From Methylococcales bacterium (lineage in GTDB: Bacteria > Pseudomonadota > Gammaproteobacteria > Methylococcales > Methylomonadaceae), in NCBI GenBank assembly GCA_965247565.1, contig CBDFHF010000003.1, positions 196,447 to 260,446 on the forward strand: DNA of 64,000 nucleotides, in the 5' to 3' direction. Both the position numbers and the translations under genes were made by a program. A model generated the notes under the pieces. The model was not told the origin of the DNA, made no database searches, and worked only from the letters and a program-made list of their open reading frames with translations. Shown in pieces: positions 47,286 through 55,876 of this stretch (positions within the stretch are counted from its first letter, which is position 1; each line of letters begins with the position of its first letter).

Positions 47286-49769
47286 TTACATCTGCCTTAA
47301 GATTTGTAATGGCGATTGGTTTAGCACAGATCTCAGCCCCCAAAAGCCGGCTAAGCCAACACAGAACGCACCAGTTAACGGAGTGAGCAGCCACAAATAA
47401 TAGGTGGGGTTGTAATCCATGTGCATGACTTGGGTGTACAACGCATAGATGATAGCTTCCGCCATGACGATGGCCAGTAGACCGGAAATTAAACCCAACA
47501 GACTAAATTCAATCACATGCGTAGCCGTCAAGAATGATCGGTTGGCTCCCAATGTGCGCATCAGCGCACTTTCATGAATGCGGGCATCTAATGTGGCATA
47601 GACGGCGGCAAATAAAACCATAAACCCCGCTAACAGAGCAAAATACAGCAGATAGTTAATAGCCAATGTTAACTGGGTAAGGATAGTTTTAAATTGCTGC
47701 AAGATTAAATCGACTTCTAAAACCGTAGTGCTGGGGAATTTTTTTACTAATGTGTTCAACACGTTTTTTTGTGTGTCAGGCAAATAAAAGCTAGTGATAA
47801 ACGTGCTTGGGTAGGTATCTAATGTGCCGGGTGAAAAAACCATGTAAAAATTTGGCTTCATGGTATCCCATTGCAACGCGCGAATGCTGGTTACCTTCGC
47901 TTTGATTTGTTCGCTACCAATAGTGAAGGTTAGCTGATCGTTCAGCTTGATTTTAAGACTATCCGCTAATTTCTGTTCCACAGATACCAAACCGGTTGTA
48001 GTTGTATTCCACCAGCTGCCTGCTGTTATTTTGTTCTCTTCCGGTAGATTTTGTGTCCAGGTTAGGCTGAGTTCTCTGTGCGTGGCATTTTCCCCTTGAG
48101 AATCTTTGCTGACGACTTTTTGTACGGGTACGCTGTTAATTTCCACGAGTCGTCCGCGAACAACCGGGTAAAACTGACTACCCTGAATGTGGTTCTGTTG
48201 TAATTCTTTTTTAAAATCGGCTTGTTGTTCCGGAAAAATGTTTAATGCGAAATGATTCGGCGCATTATCAGGCAATTGCTTTTGCCAGTTATCAAGCAAA
48301 TCGTTACGCACCGTAAAGCTTAAAATCATCGCGACCAAAGTGATGCTGAAAGCCAATATTTGACTGACGCTGGCTCGACGATTCCTCAGCAAGCCTTGCA
48401 GCGCAAATCGCCAGCTTAAACCTAAATGCGGCAACAATCGCTGCGAAAGTATCAGCGAACCATAAACCAGTAAGCCTAGAACAAGTAAAGCGCCTAAACC
48501 AACGCCGATAATGGTGGCAGTCATCTCAAGATCATCGGTGTATCGCCAGACTAAGATACTGATAATGCTCATGGCTAAGCCATAAACCAACCAAGCGCTG
48601 GTCGGTAAGGGTTCCAGTTCTCGGCGCAATACTCGAAGCGGGGAAACTTGCTTCAGGCGAAGTAAAGGCGGCAGAGCAAAGCCCAATAACACCGCCATGC
48701 CAATAATAAAACCAAACGAAAGCGCTAAAAATCCTGGCTGTGCGACTTGTTGTGGTAATAAATCTTTAAGTAGCAGAAACAATCCTTGTTGCGCAAACCA
48801 GCCTAATAAGCAACCAACGCTACTGGCTAGCAAACCCAAAATAAAAAATTGACTGCTATACAACCAAAGAATCTCATTTTGTTTGCAACCTAAACATCGC
48901 AAAATGGCAGTAGCGTTAAAGTGCCGTTCTGTATAACGCCGGGTTGCCATAGCAATTGCTACGCCGGCTATTAAAATGACCACAATGCTCGATAATCCTA
49001 AATAACGTTCCGCACGCTCTAGTGCCGAACCCAATTCCGGGCGATCCTCGTGTATGTCCATAATTCGCTGAGAAGGGTTCAGCTGTGGTTTTAGCCAACG
49101 TTTAAATTCGGTTAATGTGGACATTTCACCATTGAATTGATAGAAATAATGCACATGACTGCCTGGTTGGAGAATGCCGGTAGCTTGTAAATCTGCGGCA
49201 TTAATCATTACTCGGGGTGAAAAACTATAAAAATTGCCACGCTTGTCGGGCTCATAAGTAATGATTTTGTTAACGGTCAGTTTTTTTTCACCCACCTGTA
49301 ATTGATCACCTAGCTTTATCTTAAGTGCCGATAAAACGCGTTTATCCACCCAGACAGAACCTGATTCGGGCCCTTGGTGGGTAATCGTTTCATTGGCATA
49401 ATCTGAGAGAGTAGTTTTTAAATATCCGCGCAATGGATACGCGTCACTCACTGATTTAATACCCGCTAATAATAGCTCTTCATGCTCCACGAGCACGCTG
49501 GAAAACTCAGCTGTTTGCGCTTGTGCCAGATTTAGCTGGCTAGCTTTGCTCAGCCACTCGGAGGGGATGGTACTCGAGCTTTCTACGACCATATCGGCAG
49601 CCAAAAACTCGGCCGCTTGCGTAGTCATGGTGCGTTGTAGACGGTCAGCAAATATGGCAATTGCAGTCGAACTAGTGACGGCTATTATCAAAGCCAGCAC
49701 CAAAATGGTTAATTCGCCGGAGCGGCTATCACGCCATAGCAGGCGTAAAGCCAAGTTAAAACGATTCAT
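47286..49769 (-). CDS. ybbP: ABC exporter permease with two FtsX domains (YbbP-like)
   Basis: ~828 aa, two FtsX-type 4-TM modules separated by large periplasmic loops; start trimmed to 'MNRFNLALRLLWR' so that it overlaps the ATPase gene stop (ATGA). Confidence 0.75.
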   Translation of the reverse strand: MNRFNLALRLLWRDSRSGELTILVLALIIAVTSSTAIAIFADRLQRTMTTQAAEFLAADMVVESSSTIPSEWLSKASQLNLAQAQTAEFSSVLVEHEELLLAGIKSVSDAYPLRGYLKTTLSDYANETITHQGPESGSVWVDKRVLSALKIKLGDQLQVGEKKLTVNKIITYEPDKRGNFYSFSPRVMINAADLQATGILQPGSHVHYFYQFNGEMSTLTEFKRWLKPQLNPSQRIMDIHEDRPELGSALERAERYLGLSSIVVILIAGVAIAMATRRYTERHFNATAILRCLGCKQNEILWLYSSQFFILGLLASSVGCLLGWFAQQGLFLLLKDLLPQQVAQPGFLALSFGFIIGMAVLLGFALPPLLRLKQVSPLRVLRRELEPLPTSAWLVYGLAMSIISILVWRYTDDLEMTATIIGVGLGALLVLGLLVYGSLILSQRLLPHLGLSWRFALQGLLRNRRASVSQILAFSITLVAMILSFTVRNDLLDNWQKQLPDNAPNHFALNIFPEQQADFKKELQQNHIQGSQFYPVVRGRLVEINSVPVQKVVSKDSQGENATHRELSLTWTQNLPEENKITAGSWWNTTTTGLVSVEQKLADSLKIKLNDQLTFTIGSEQIKAKVTSIRALQWDTMKPNFYMVFSPGTLDTYPSTFITSFYLPDTQKNVLNTLVKKFPSTTVLEVDLILQQFKTILTQLTLAINYLLYFALLAGFMVLFAAVYATLDARIHESALMRTLGANRSFLTATHVIEFSLLGLISGLLAIVMAEAIIYALYTQVMHMDYNPTYYLWLLTPLTGAFCVGLAGFWGLRSVLNQSPLQILRQM

Positions 49770-50455
49770 ACAAGACGCCCCGCAGATAATTTGATGGTAC
49801 GTTGACAACGGTTTGCCAGGGATTGATCGTGCGTAACCAGAATTAAGGTGGTTTGATTCTCTTGGTTAAGCTCGAATAACAGTTCGATAATATGAGCGCC
49901 GCTTTTACTGTCTAAATTACCGGTGGGCTCATCGGCAAACAAAATCGCTGGCTTGGTTACAAAGGCTCTGGCTAAAGCCACACGCTGTTGTTCGCCGCCG
50001 GACAATTGTTTGGGGGTGTGCGATAAACGATGCGATAAGCCCACACGATCCAATAACGCAACCGCCAAGTTTTTAGCATTAACATTACCGCTTAACTCCA
50101 ACGGCAACATAACGTTTTCTAATGCGGTTAATCCGGGTAGTAATTGGAAAGATTGAAATACAAAGCCAATCAGGGCATTGCGTATTGAAGCTCGCCCATC
50201 TTCATTCATCGTGGTTATGGATTGCCCGTTCAGAAAGATGGAGCCGGAGGTCGGCGTATCCAAGCCGGCCAACAGACTAATCAGGGTAGATTTACCCGAA
50301 CCGGACTCGCCAACAATGGCAATACTCTCACCCGATTTGATTATCAAATCTACCGATGCCAAGATATGCAACCGTCCTTCGGAAGTGATGACTGATTTGC
50401 CCAAGTTTTCTGTACTGATAATGCTATTTTTTAATGTATCTGATTGAGTTTGCAT
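49766..50455 (-). CDS. ybbA: ABC transporter ATP-binding protein (YbbA/LolD-like)
   Basis: Walker A 'GESGSGKST', signature 'LSGGEQQRVALARA', Walker B 'ILFADEPTGNLD'. Confidence 0.85.
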   Translation of the reverse strand: MQTQSDTLKNSIISTENLGKSVITSEGRLHILASVDLIIKSGESIAIVGESGSGKSTLISLLAGLDTPTSGSIFLNGQSITTMNEDGRASIRNALIGFVFQSFQLLPGLTALENVMLPLELSGNVNAKNLAVALLDRVGLSHRLSHTPKQLSGGEQQRVALARAFVTKPAILFADEPTGNLDSKSGAHIIELLFELNQENQTTLILVTHDQSLANRCQRTIKLSAGRLV

Positions 50456-50456
50456 A

Positions 50457-51059
50457 ATGCCTAGATTGATTTTTGCTGTAGTAATTTTATTGTTATCGAG
50501 TGCCGCCTCGGCGAAATCGATAGTGGTTTTGGGTGATAGTATCAGTGCTGGTTATGGAATTGAAGTCGCCCAGGGTTGGGTGGCGTTACTACAAGACAGG
50601 TTGACCAAACAGCCGGGCAATTGGTTCATCCATAATGAAAGTATCAGTGGTGACACCAGCGCCGGTGGTTTGGCCAGAGTTGAACAAGTTTTAAAAAAAC
50701 ATAAACCGGATGTATTGTTATTGGAATTAGGTGCCAATGATGGCTTGCGTGGCTTACCGCCGGCCATGATGAAAAGTAACCTGACTGAAATCATTCATCG
50801 TGCAAAAAAATCCGGCGCACAAGTATTATTGCTGGGCATGAAAATCCCGCCAAATTACGGTAAGCGATACATCGACATGTTCTATACTACCTACCCAGAA
50901 TTAGCCACCCATTTAGATATACCGCTCATGCCTTTTTTGTTGGACGGGATTGCACTAGATAACACGCTCATGCAACAAGACGGATTACACCCAAATGCCA
51001 AAGCGCAGCCAATAATAGCCGACAAAGTTTGGCCGTATTTATTGCCGTTACTAAAATAA
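50457..51059 (+). CDS. tesA: SGNH-hydrolase arylesterase / acyl-CoA thioesterase I (TesA-like), exported
   Basis: Signal peptide; 'VVLGDSISAGYG' block I; 'GANDGLRG' block III; 'DGLHPN' block V; divergent to ybbA-ybbP as in E. coli. Confidence 0.8.
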   Translation: MPRLIFAVVILLLSSAASAKSIVVLGDSISAGYGIEVAQGWVALLQDRLTKQPGNWFIHNESISGDTSAGGLARVEQVLKKHKPDVLLLELGANDGLRGLPPAMMKSNLTEIIHRAKKSGAQVLLLGMKIPPNYGKRYIDMFYTTYPELATHLDIPLMPFLLDGIALDNTLMQQDGLHPNAKAQPIIADKVWPYLLPLLK

Positions 51060-51087
51060 CAATACAATTATATATAAGGAATTCCCT

Positions 51088-51516
51088 ATGCGATTACTGA
51101 CACTGGAAAAAGCCAATAGAATGATTCAAGTGACCATTCAAAAAGCCAGAGAACTCAATTTGGCACCACTAACTGTGGTTGTTTTAGATTCATCCGGTCA
51201 CTTAAAAGCCATGCAAAGAGAAGATGGTGCCACCATGATCCGTCAGGAGATTGCTACCGCAAAGGCCTGGGGTGCAGTCAACATGGGTATTTCTTCAAGA
51301 AGTTTGGCTTTAGTTGCTGAGCAGCGACGCGACTTTATGAACGCCTTGATTGGCTTGGCCGATGGTAAAATCATGCCAGTGCCGGGCGGGGTTTTAATTC
51401 GCGATATCGATAACAATATCATAGGCGCGGTAGGTATCAGCGGTGATGTGTCAGATCAGGATGAACGCTGTGCGATTATAGGGATCGAATCGGTGGGATT
51501 TGTTGCGGGCGTTTAA
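51088..51516 (+). CDS. GlcG/HbpS-like (DUF336) heme-binding-fold protein
   Basis: 142 aa; 'LAPLTVVVLDSSGHLKAMQREDGA' and 'GGVLIRD...IGAVGISGDVSDQDERCA' are typical of DUF336. Confidence 0.75.
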   Translation: MRLLTLEKANRMIQVTIQKARELNLAPLTVVVLDSSGHLKAMQREDGATMIRQEIATAKAWGAVNMGISSRSLALVAEQRRDFMNALIGLADGKIMPVPGGVLIRDIDNNIIGAVGISGDVSDQDERCAIIGIESVGFVAGV

Positions 51517-51549
51517 AAGTTATAAAGCACTGATTCGCTAATAAAGTGC

Positions 51550-51580
51550 AAGTTACGCGTTGACGGTCAATGCGTAACTT
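51550..51580. terminator. Hairpin between convergent genes (putative bidirectional terminator, no U-tract)
   Basis: 'aagttacgc gttgacggtcaat gcgtaactt' 9-bp stem. Confidence 0.4.
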
Positions 51581-51582
51581 CG

Positions 51583-53997
51583 TTACTGCCCTAAACATTC
51601 ATGTACCGTTAGTAATGCCGCTTTACGTGCTGGCCAGAGCGACGCTAACCACACTAACGTTAGCACAATTATCAGCCAGTAGCCGACAGCCATTTGATCG
51701 AATGCAAAGTCCAGCTGCATACCAAACATGGTTTTGCCTAATTCTCTAGCAACGGGAGCTGCCGCGAAATAAGCAAGCGGCACACTGAACAGCCAGGCAA
51801 CCATACCGTGCAGAAAACCTTCCAATAAAAACAATCGAAAGATAGTATTGGATGGCGCTCCGATAGCACGTAGTACCCCGATTTCGCGAGTGCGCTGCAA
51901 GACGCCAATTGCCAGCGTACCAGAAAGACCAATGCCGCCAACCGATGCGATCAATGCAGCTAATCCGAATAAAGTAGCAATCACCGGCTGAAACTGATTA
52001 CGGAGGAATTGGCGCTGTTCCAGTTTAGCGATAGTATTGTATACATCGAGCTGTATGCCATTGTCCTGACATAGTTGTTTCAATAACTTTAGATAGTCGG
52101 CTTCTTCGGTAAAGTGAGTGACTTGCGCCCCAAGCATTGCAAAAGAGGCGTTTTTGTAGTTTTTGGTGATGTTACGCACGGTCTCTATCGGTGCGTAAAC
52201 CGGTTCGACAGCATAATTGCTGCCGGCCAACCAGCGGTATAAGCCTATAACTTGCCAGGTCTGGCTTTCATTACCTAGATGAATATCCAGATTATCGCCC
52301 ACCTTGATTCCACTCATTTGTGCTGTTTCAGCACTGAGCACAATAACTTGTTGCCCAGCATCCGAGCTTTGCAACCAACGTCCTGATTCAACCAATGGTC
52401 GATACATCGAAGTTGTCGCTGGCATAGCGAGCAACTGTATGCCCAAGCTACCGTTTTGTCTTAACATTGTGCCTTGCTTAGCTACCTCAATGGGAAGGCG
52501 TTGCCAAAGCTCGATACTTTTCGTCGTAGCTACCGATTTAGCCAAATCCATAACTTTTTGTGCTGGCTGATCTGTATTAAAGCTCAACCGAACTGAATAT
52601 CGACTGCGAGCCATTTCGTTGTCTAGGGTCAAGTTAACCGACGCGATCAAGCTCATGAGAATTAAGAACACAACCCCTGCAATAATTAACACAACCTGGG
52701 TTAGCAGTAGTCGGCCTTTCCGGCGAAATAAATTACCCAAGGCTGCAGCATGCAAGGTAGAAAGAAAGCTTTCCCCAAAGCGTTCAACCCAAACATCAAA
52801 GCGATTATTGCCAAAATCGCCGCCCAGTCCATACCTGGAGATTGCTTCCCGAACATTCATTAGCGAGCCGAGCAAAATCGGACCGAGTGCGGCTAATAGA
52901 GGGGTAAATAATCCACCAAGCACCATAAAATAAATTGCTCTGGGTGAGTAACTAAAACTGCTGCACTCGATGTTAAACAATGCTAACAATTTGCAGGAGC
53001 TGATATGGGCGGCAACAAGACTTAGTGGCAATGCCAAGATGACCGCAGTGAGTGCCACAAGAAAAATTTCAATAAGATAAATTTTGGCGATGGCCCAGCT
53101 TTTGGCTCCTAAAGACTTCATTATCCCAATTTGGTTGGTTTGCTGGGCAATATGAGCGGACACCGTATTCACAATAAGCACGCAAGCCAATGCTAGCGAT
53201 GCCAAGGCCATTAAGCGTAATACTCCATTAATTCCGGCAAAAAATGGTCGTCCCCAGTGTTTTTCTGGTTCTTGCAGCAAAGTGGCATTAACTGCAACGT
53301 TATTGTGGCTCAAAATTGTGCGTATTTCCCGAGCAATAGCGTTTGCTTGGTCGGTACTGTAGGGCGGTTTTATTTGTACCAGTAATTGCCTGAAACTATT
53401 CGGTTTTACCCCGAAGTACCCAGCGAATGAAGTGTTTGCGAAAAAATGTACTTGCCCGCCGAAACTGGGGGGTTTAACAAATGGGTGGCGAACGATTGCA
53501 GTAATCGGCAATGTTTTTGTACCGATATTGGTTTCAAATTCTACACGAGCTCCTACATGTTGGCCGGTATGTATGGCGGATAATCGCTCTATGGCAATCT
53601 GATCATCCGAGGGCCAGTTTCCAGATGTTAGTGTGGTTTTATCGTACTGTTCTACAGAGGTTTCCGGCCTGATAATCAGCGTGCCTATTTGCCACTCGGA
53701 TTTGCCTATCAGTTTGTAACGTATACTCAAAGGCGTCAGCATATCAACACCCGCTACCCCTTTAATCGCCTCAATTGCCGGCAGTAATGTTAAATCTGCG
53801 TCATCTCTTAAAATTAAGCTGATATGTGATGGTTGAGATTGTCGGTGTGCAGCATCCATTTTGCTGAGCTGTAGGTCAATCATCCCAAATAAAGTGCCAA
53901 CACAAAAAACCCCGACAGCAATGCTCAAAATTGCTAGCAGGGTTCGGGCTTTATATAGCCACAAATCAGCCCAGATTTTGTACCAAAGTGTATTCAA
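51583..53997 (-). CDS. ABC exporter permease with two FtsX domains (second, paralogous system)
   Basis: 804 aa, N-terminal TM then a large periplasmic domain, two FtsX 4-TM modules. Confidence 0.75.
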   Translation of the reverse strand: MNTLWYKIWADLWLYKARTLLAILSIAVGVFCVGTLFGMIDLQLSKMDAAHRQSQPSHISLILRDDADLTLLPAIEAIKGVAGVDMLTPLSIRYKLIGKSEWQIGTLIIRPETSVEQYDKTTLTSGNWPSDDQIAIERLSAIHTGQHVGARVEFETNIGTKTLPITAIVRHPFVKPPSFGGQVHFFANTSFAGYFGVKPNSFRQLLVQIKPPYSTDQANAIAREIRTILSHNNVAVNATLLQEPEKHWGRPFFAGINGVLRLMALASLALACVLIVNTVSAHIAQQTNQIGIMKSLGAKSWAIAKIYLIEIFLVALTAVILALPLSLVAAHISSCKLLALFNIECSSFSYSPRAIYFMVLGGLFTPLLAALGPILLGSLMNVREAISRYGLGGDFGNNRFDVWVERFGESFLSTLHAAALGNLFRRKGRLLLTQVVLIIAGVVFLILMSLIASVNLTLDNEMARSRYSVRLSFNTDQPAQKVMDLAKSVATTKSIELWQRLPIEVAKQGTMLRQNGSLGIQLLAMPATTSMYRPLVESGRWLQSSDAGQQVIVLSAETAQMSGIKVGDNLDIHLGNESQTWQVIGLYRWLAGSNYAVEPVYAPIETVRNITKNYKNASFAMLGAQVTHFTEEADYLKLLKQLCQDNGIQLDVYNTIAKLEQRQFLRNQFQPVIATLFGLAALIASVGGIGLSGTLAIGVLQRTREIGVLRAIGAPSNTIFRLFLLEGFLHGMVAWLFSVPLAYFAAAPVARELGKTMFGMQLDFAFDQMAVGYWLIIVLTLVWLASLWPARKAALLTVHECLGQ

Positions 53998-54006
53998 AAG
54001 ACTGAA

Positions 54007-54777
54007 TTAGTTAGCTAGCGGATTAGAAATATTGGGGAGAATGCAGCCTGAGCGAATTTCAATTTTACGGCTGGCCGCATCGGCTATCGTGTCGTTATGG
54101 GTAACCATTACCAGTGTTTTTCCTTGGTCACGGAGGTGCGCAAAAAGCTGAAAAACCGAGTCAGCGGTCGTCGTATCCAGATTTCCTGTGGGCTCATCGG
54201 CAACAATTAAAGCGGGATCATTTGCTAATGATCGAGCTATGGCTGCGCGTTGTTGTTGACCGCCAGACACCTGGCTGGGTAAGCGATGCGCTTGCTCAGT
54301 AAGACCAACCAGATCAAGCAAATACATAGCTCTTTCGCGGCGATGGCGCTTTGGCAGTTTACCCAAAAAATCCATTGGCAAAACGATGTTTTGCCATAAA
54401 CTGAGTGTCGGTAATAACTGGAAAAACTGAAACACAATGCCAATATTTTCGCCTCGCCATGCCGTCAGTTTTGCGCCGCTTAATTTTTGTAAAGCGACAT
54501 CGTTGACCATGATTTCTCCGCTGCACGGATGGTCAATACCCGTTAACAAGTTCAGTAAGGTCGATTTACCGTTACCAGAAGCGCCAACGATAGCAACAAA
54601 CTCACCCTGAAAAACGTCTAGATTAATGTTGTTCAGCACAGAATGCGCCTTTCCTCCCAGCAAGTAGCTCTTGGAAACATTTCTCAGTTCAATGATCTTT
54701 TTCACAACTTGCGACAATAGAAAAGGTTGATTGGAAGTGCTTTCATTGTAACATGGTCGAGTTAAACCCATTCCCAC
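54007..54777 (-). CDS. ABC transporter ATP-binding protein (partner of the 51583-53997 permease); start codon uncertain
   Basis: 'GASGNGKSTLL', 'VSGGQQQRAAIARS', 'ALIVADEPTGNLD'; a GTG at 54714 ('VKKIIELRNVSKSY') would give a conventional N-terminus. Confidence 0.8.
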   Translation of the reverse strand: MGMGLTRPCYNESTSNQPFLLSQVVKKIIELRNVSKSYLLGGKAHSVLNNINLDVFQGEFVAIVGASGNGKSTLLNLLTGIDHPCSGEIMVNDVALQKLSGAKLTAWRGENIGIVFQFFQLLPTLSLWQNIVLPMDFLGKLPKRHRRERAMYLLDLVGLTEQAHRLPSQVSGGQQQRAAIARSLANDPALIVADEPTGNLDTTTADSVFQLFAHLRDQGKTLVMVTHNDTIADAASRKIEIRSGCILPNISNPLAN

Positions 54778-54790
54778 ACTGGAAGAACTG

Positions 54791-55366
54791 ATGACATCAG
54801 TGCGTATTTTATGGTTATTGCTATGCCTGCTTTGGGTAGGCGCAGAAGTCTTGCTCGCTCGAAAAAATCAACTTAAAAACAATGGCATGATTATAGATAA
54901 GGAACATCGATCGCAATGGATACTGTGGATAACCTTAATTTGTAGCTTGGTTGCAGCGCTATTTTTTAAGACACAAGGATTAGCTCCCATCGGAATAGCG
55001 TATTTGCCGAGACAGTTTATGGCGTTACTTTTATTTGCCGCCGGTCTCTATTTACGATTTATTGCTATTAGAAAGCTTGGGCATTTTTTTACAACTAATG
55101 TCTCCATTCAGAGTGAACATCGATTGATCATTGACGGCCCGTATAGCTGGGTTCGACACCCCGCATATACCGGTTTAATCATTGCCTTTGCGGGGGCCGG
55201 ATTCGCCATGGGAGATTTAATTGCTATCGTATCGCTAACTGTACCCGCATTTTTCGCGTTTAACTATCGAATCGATATTGAAGAAAAAATGTTGAGCAAA
55301 CGTTTTGGGATGCAGTACAGTAATTACTGCAAAAAAACCAAAAAATTATTGCCTTGGTTGGTCTGA
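54791..55366 (+). CDS. Isoprenylcysteine carboxyl methyltransferase (ICMT)/PEMT-family membrane methyltransferase
   Basis: 5-6 TM helices; 'IIDGPYSWVRHPAYTGL' SAM-dependent ICMT/PEMT motif. Confidence 0.75.
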   Translation: MTSVRILWLLLCLLWVGAEVLLARKNQLKNNGMIIDKEHRSQWILWITLICSLVAALFFKTQGLAPIGIAYLPRQFMALLLFAAGLYLRFIAIRKLGHFFTTNVSIQSEHRLIIDGPYSWVRHPAYTGLIIAFAGAGFAMGDLIAIVSLTVPAFFAFNYRIDIEEKMLSKRFGMQYSNYCKKTKKLLPWLV

Positions 55367-55410
55367 GAGTCCTACCAGCCCTCCATTGATTTAAATGGGG
55401 CCGCATTGGT

Positions 55411-55448
55411 GTGCCCGGTGGACTAAGACTTCGTCTTAGTCCACCGGG
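55411..55448. repeat. Perfect 17-bp stem / TTCG tetraloop hairpin between convergent genes
   Basis: 'gcccggtggactaagac ttcg gtcttagtccaccgggc'; no U-tract on either strand. Confidence 0.6.
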
Positions 55449-55464
55449 CAGATACATGGTGTTG

Positions 55465-55734
55465 CTATTTAGCAGCTCCGCCGTTATCACCATAGTATGG
55501 TCTATTCAAATATCCAGTGTTTTCAAGTAAAGCTTTCCTCTTTTTCGCCATAGAAAGTCGAGCTTGCCAGTGCTTTTTTAAATCACCATCTCGTTTTGTG
55601 AGTTTCACCTTAATGGAGCTAACTTCTGTGCTGGTTAACCTTTTAGGTGGGGTATATCTTTCTTCGCTTTGCCCTGCCGCATTAGCAGCATAAGCGTTGA
55701 GGCTACATATTAGTAAAACAATGATCTTTCTCAT
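55465..55734 (-). CDS. Small exported hypothetical protein (89 aa)
   Basis: Signal peptide 'MRKIIVLLICSLNAYAANA'; basic mature part. Confidence 0.5.
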   Translation of the reverse strand: MRKIIVLLICSLNAYAANAAGQSEERYTPPKRLTSTEVSSIKVKLTKRDGDLKKHWQARLSMAKKRKALLENTGYLNRPYYGDNGGAAK

Positions 55735-55876
55735 AATTCGGTCTCTTTATGTTATTGATGGAGGACTAAGCGACTAAATTTCTTATCTCAGAGCAATAGT
55801 CAGACAAAACTGTTTGTAGATTTTGGCAGCAAGTTGTCGCCTAATAAAATTAGGCGACTAATTAATCGCAAAACAA

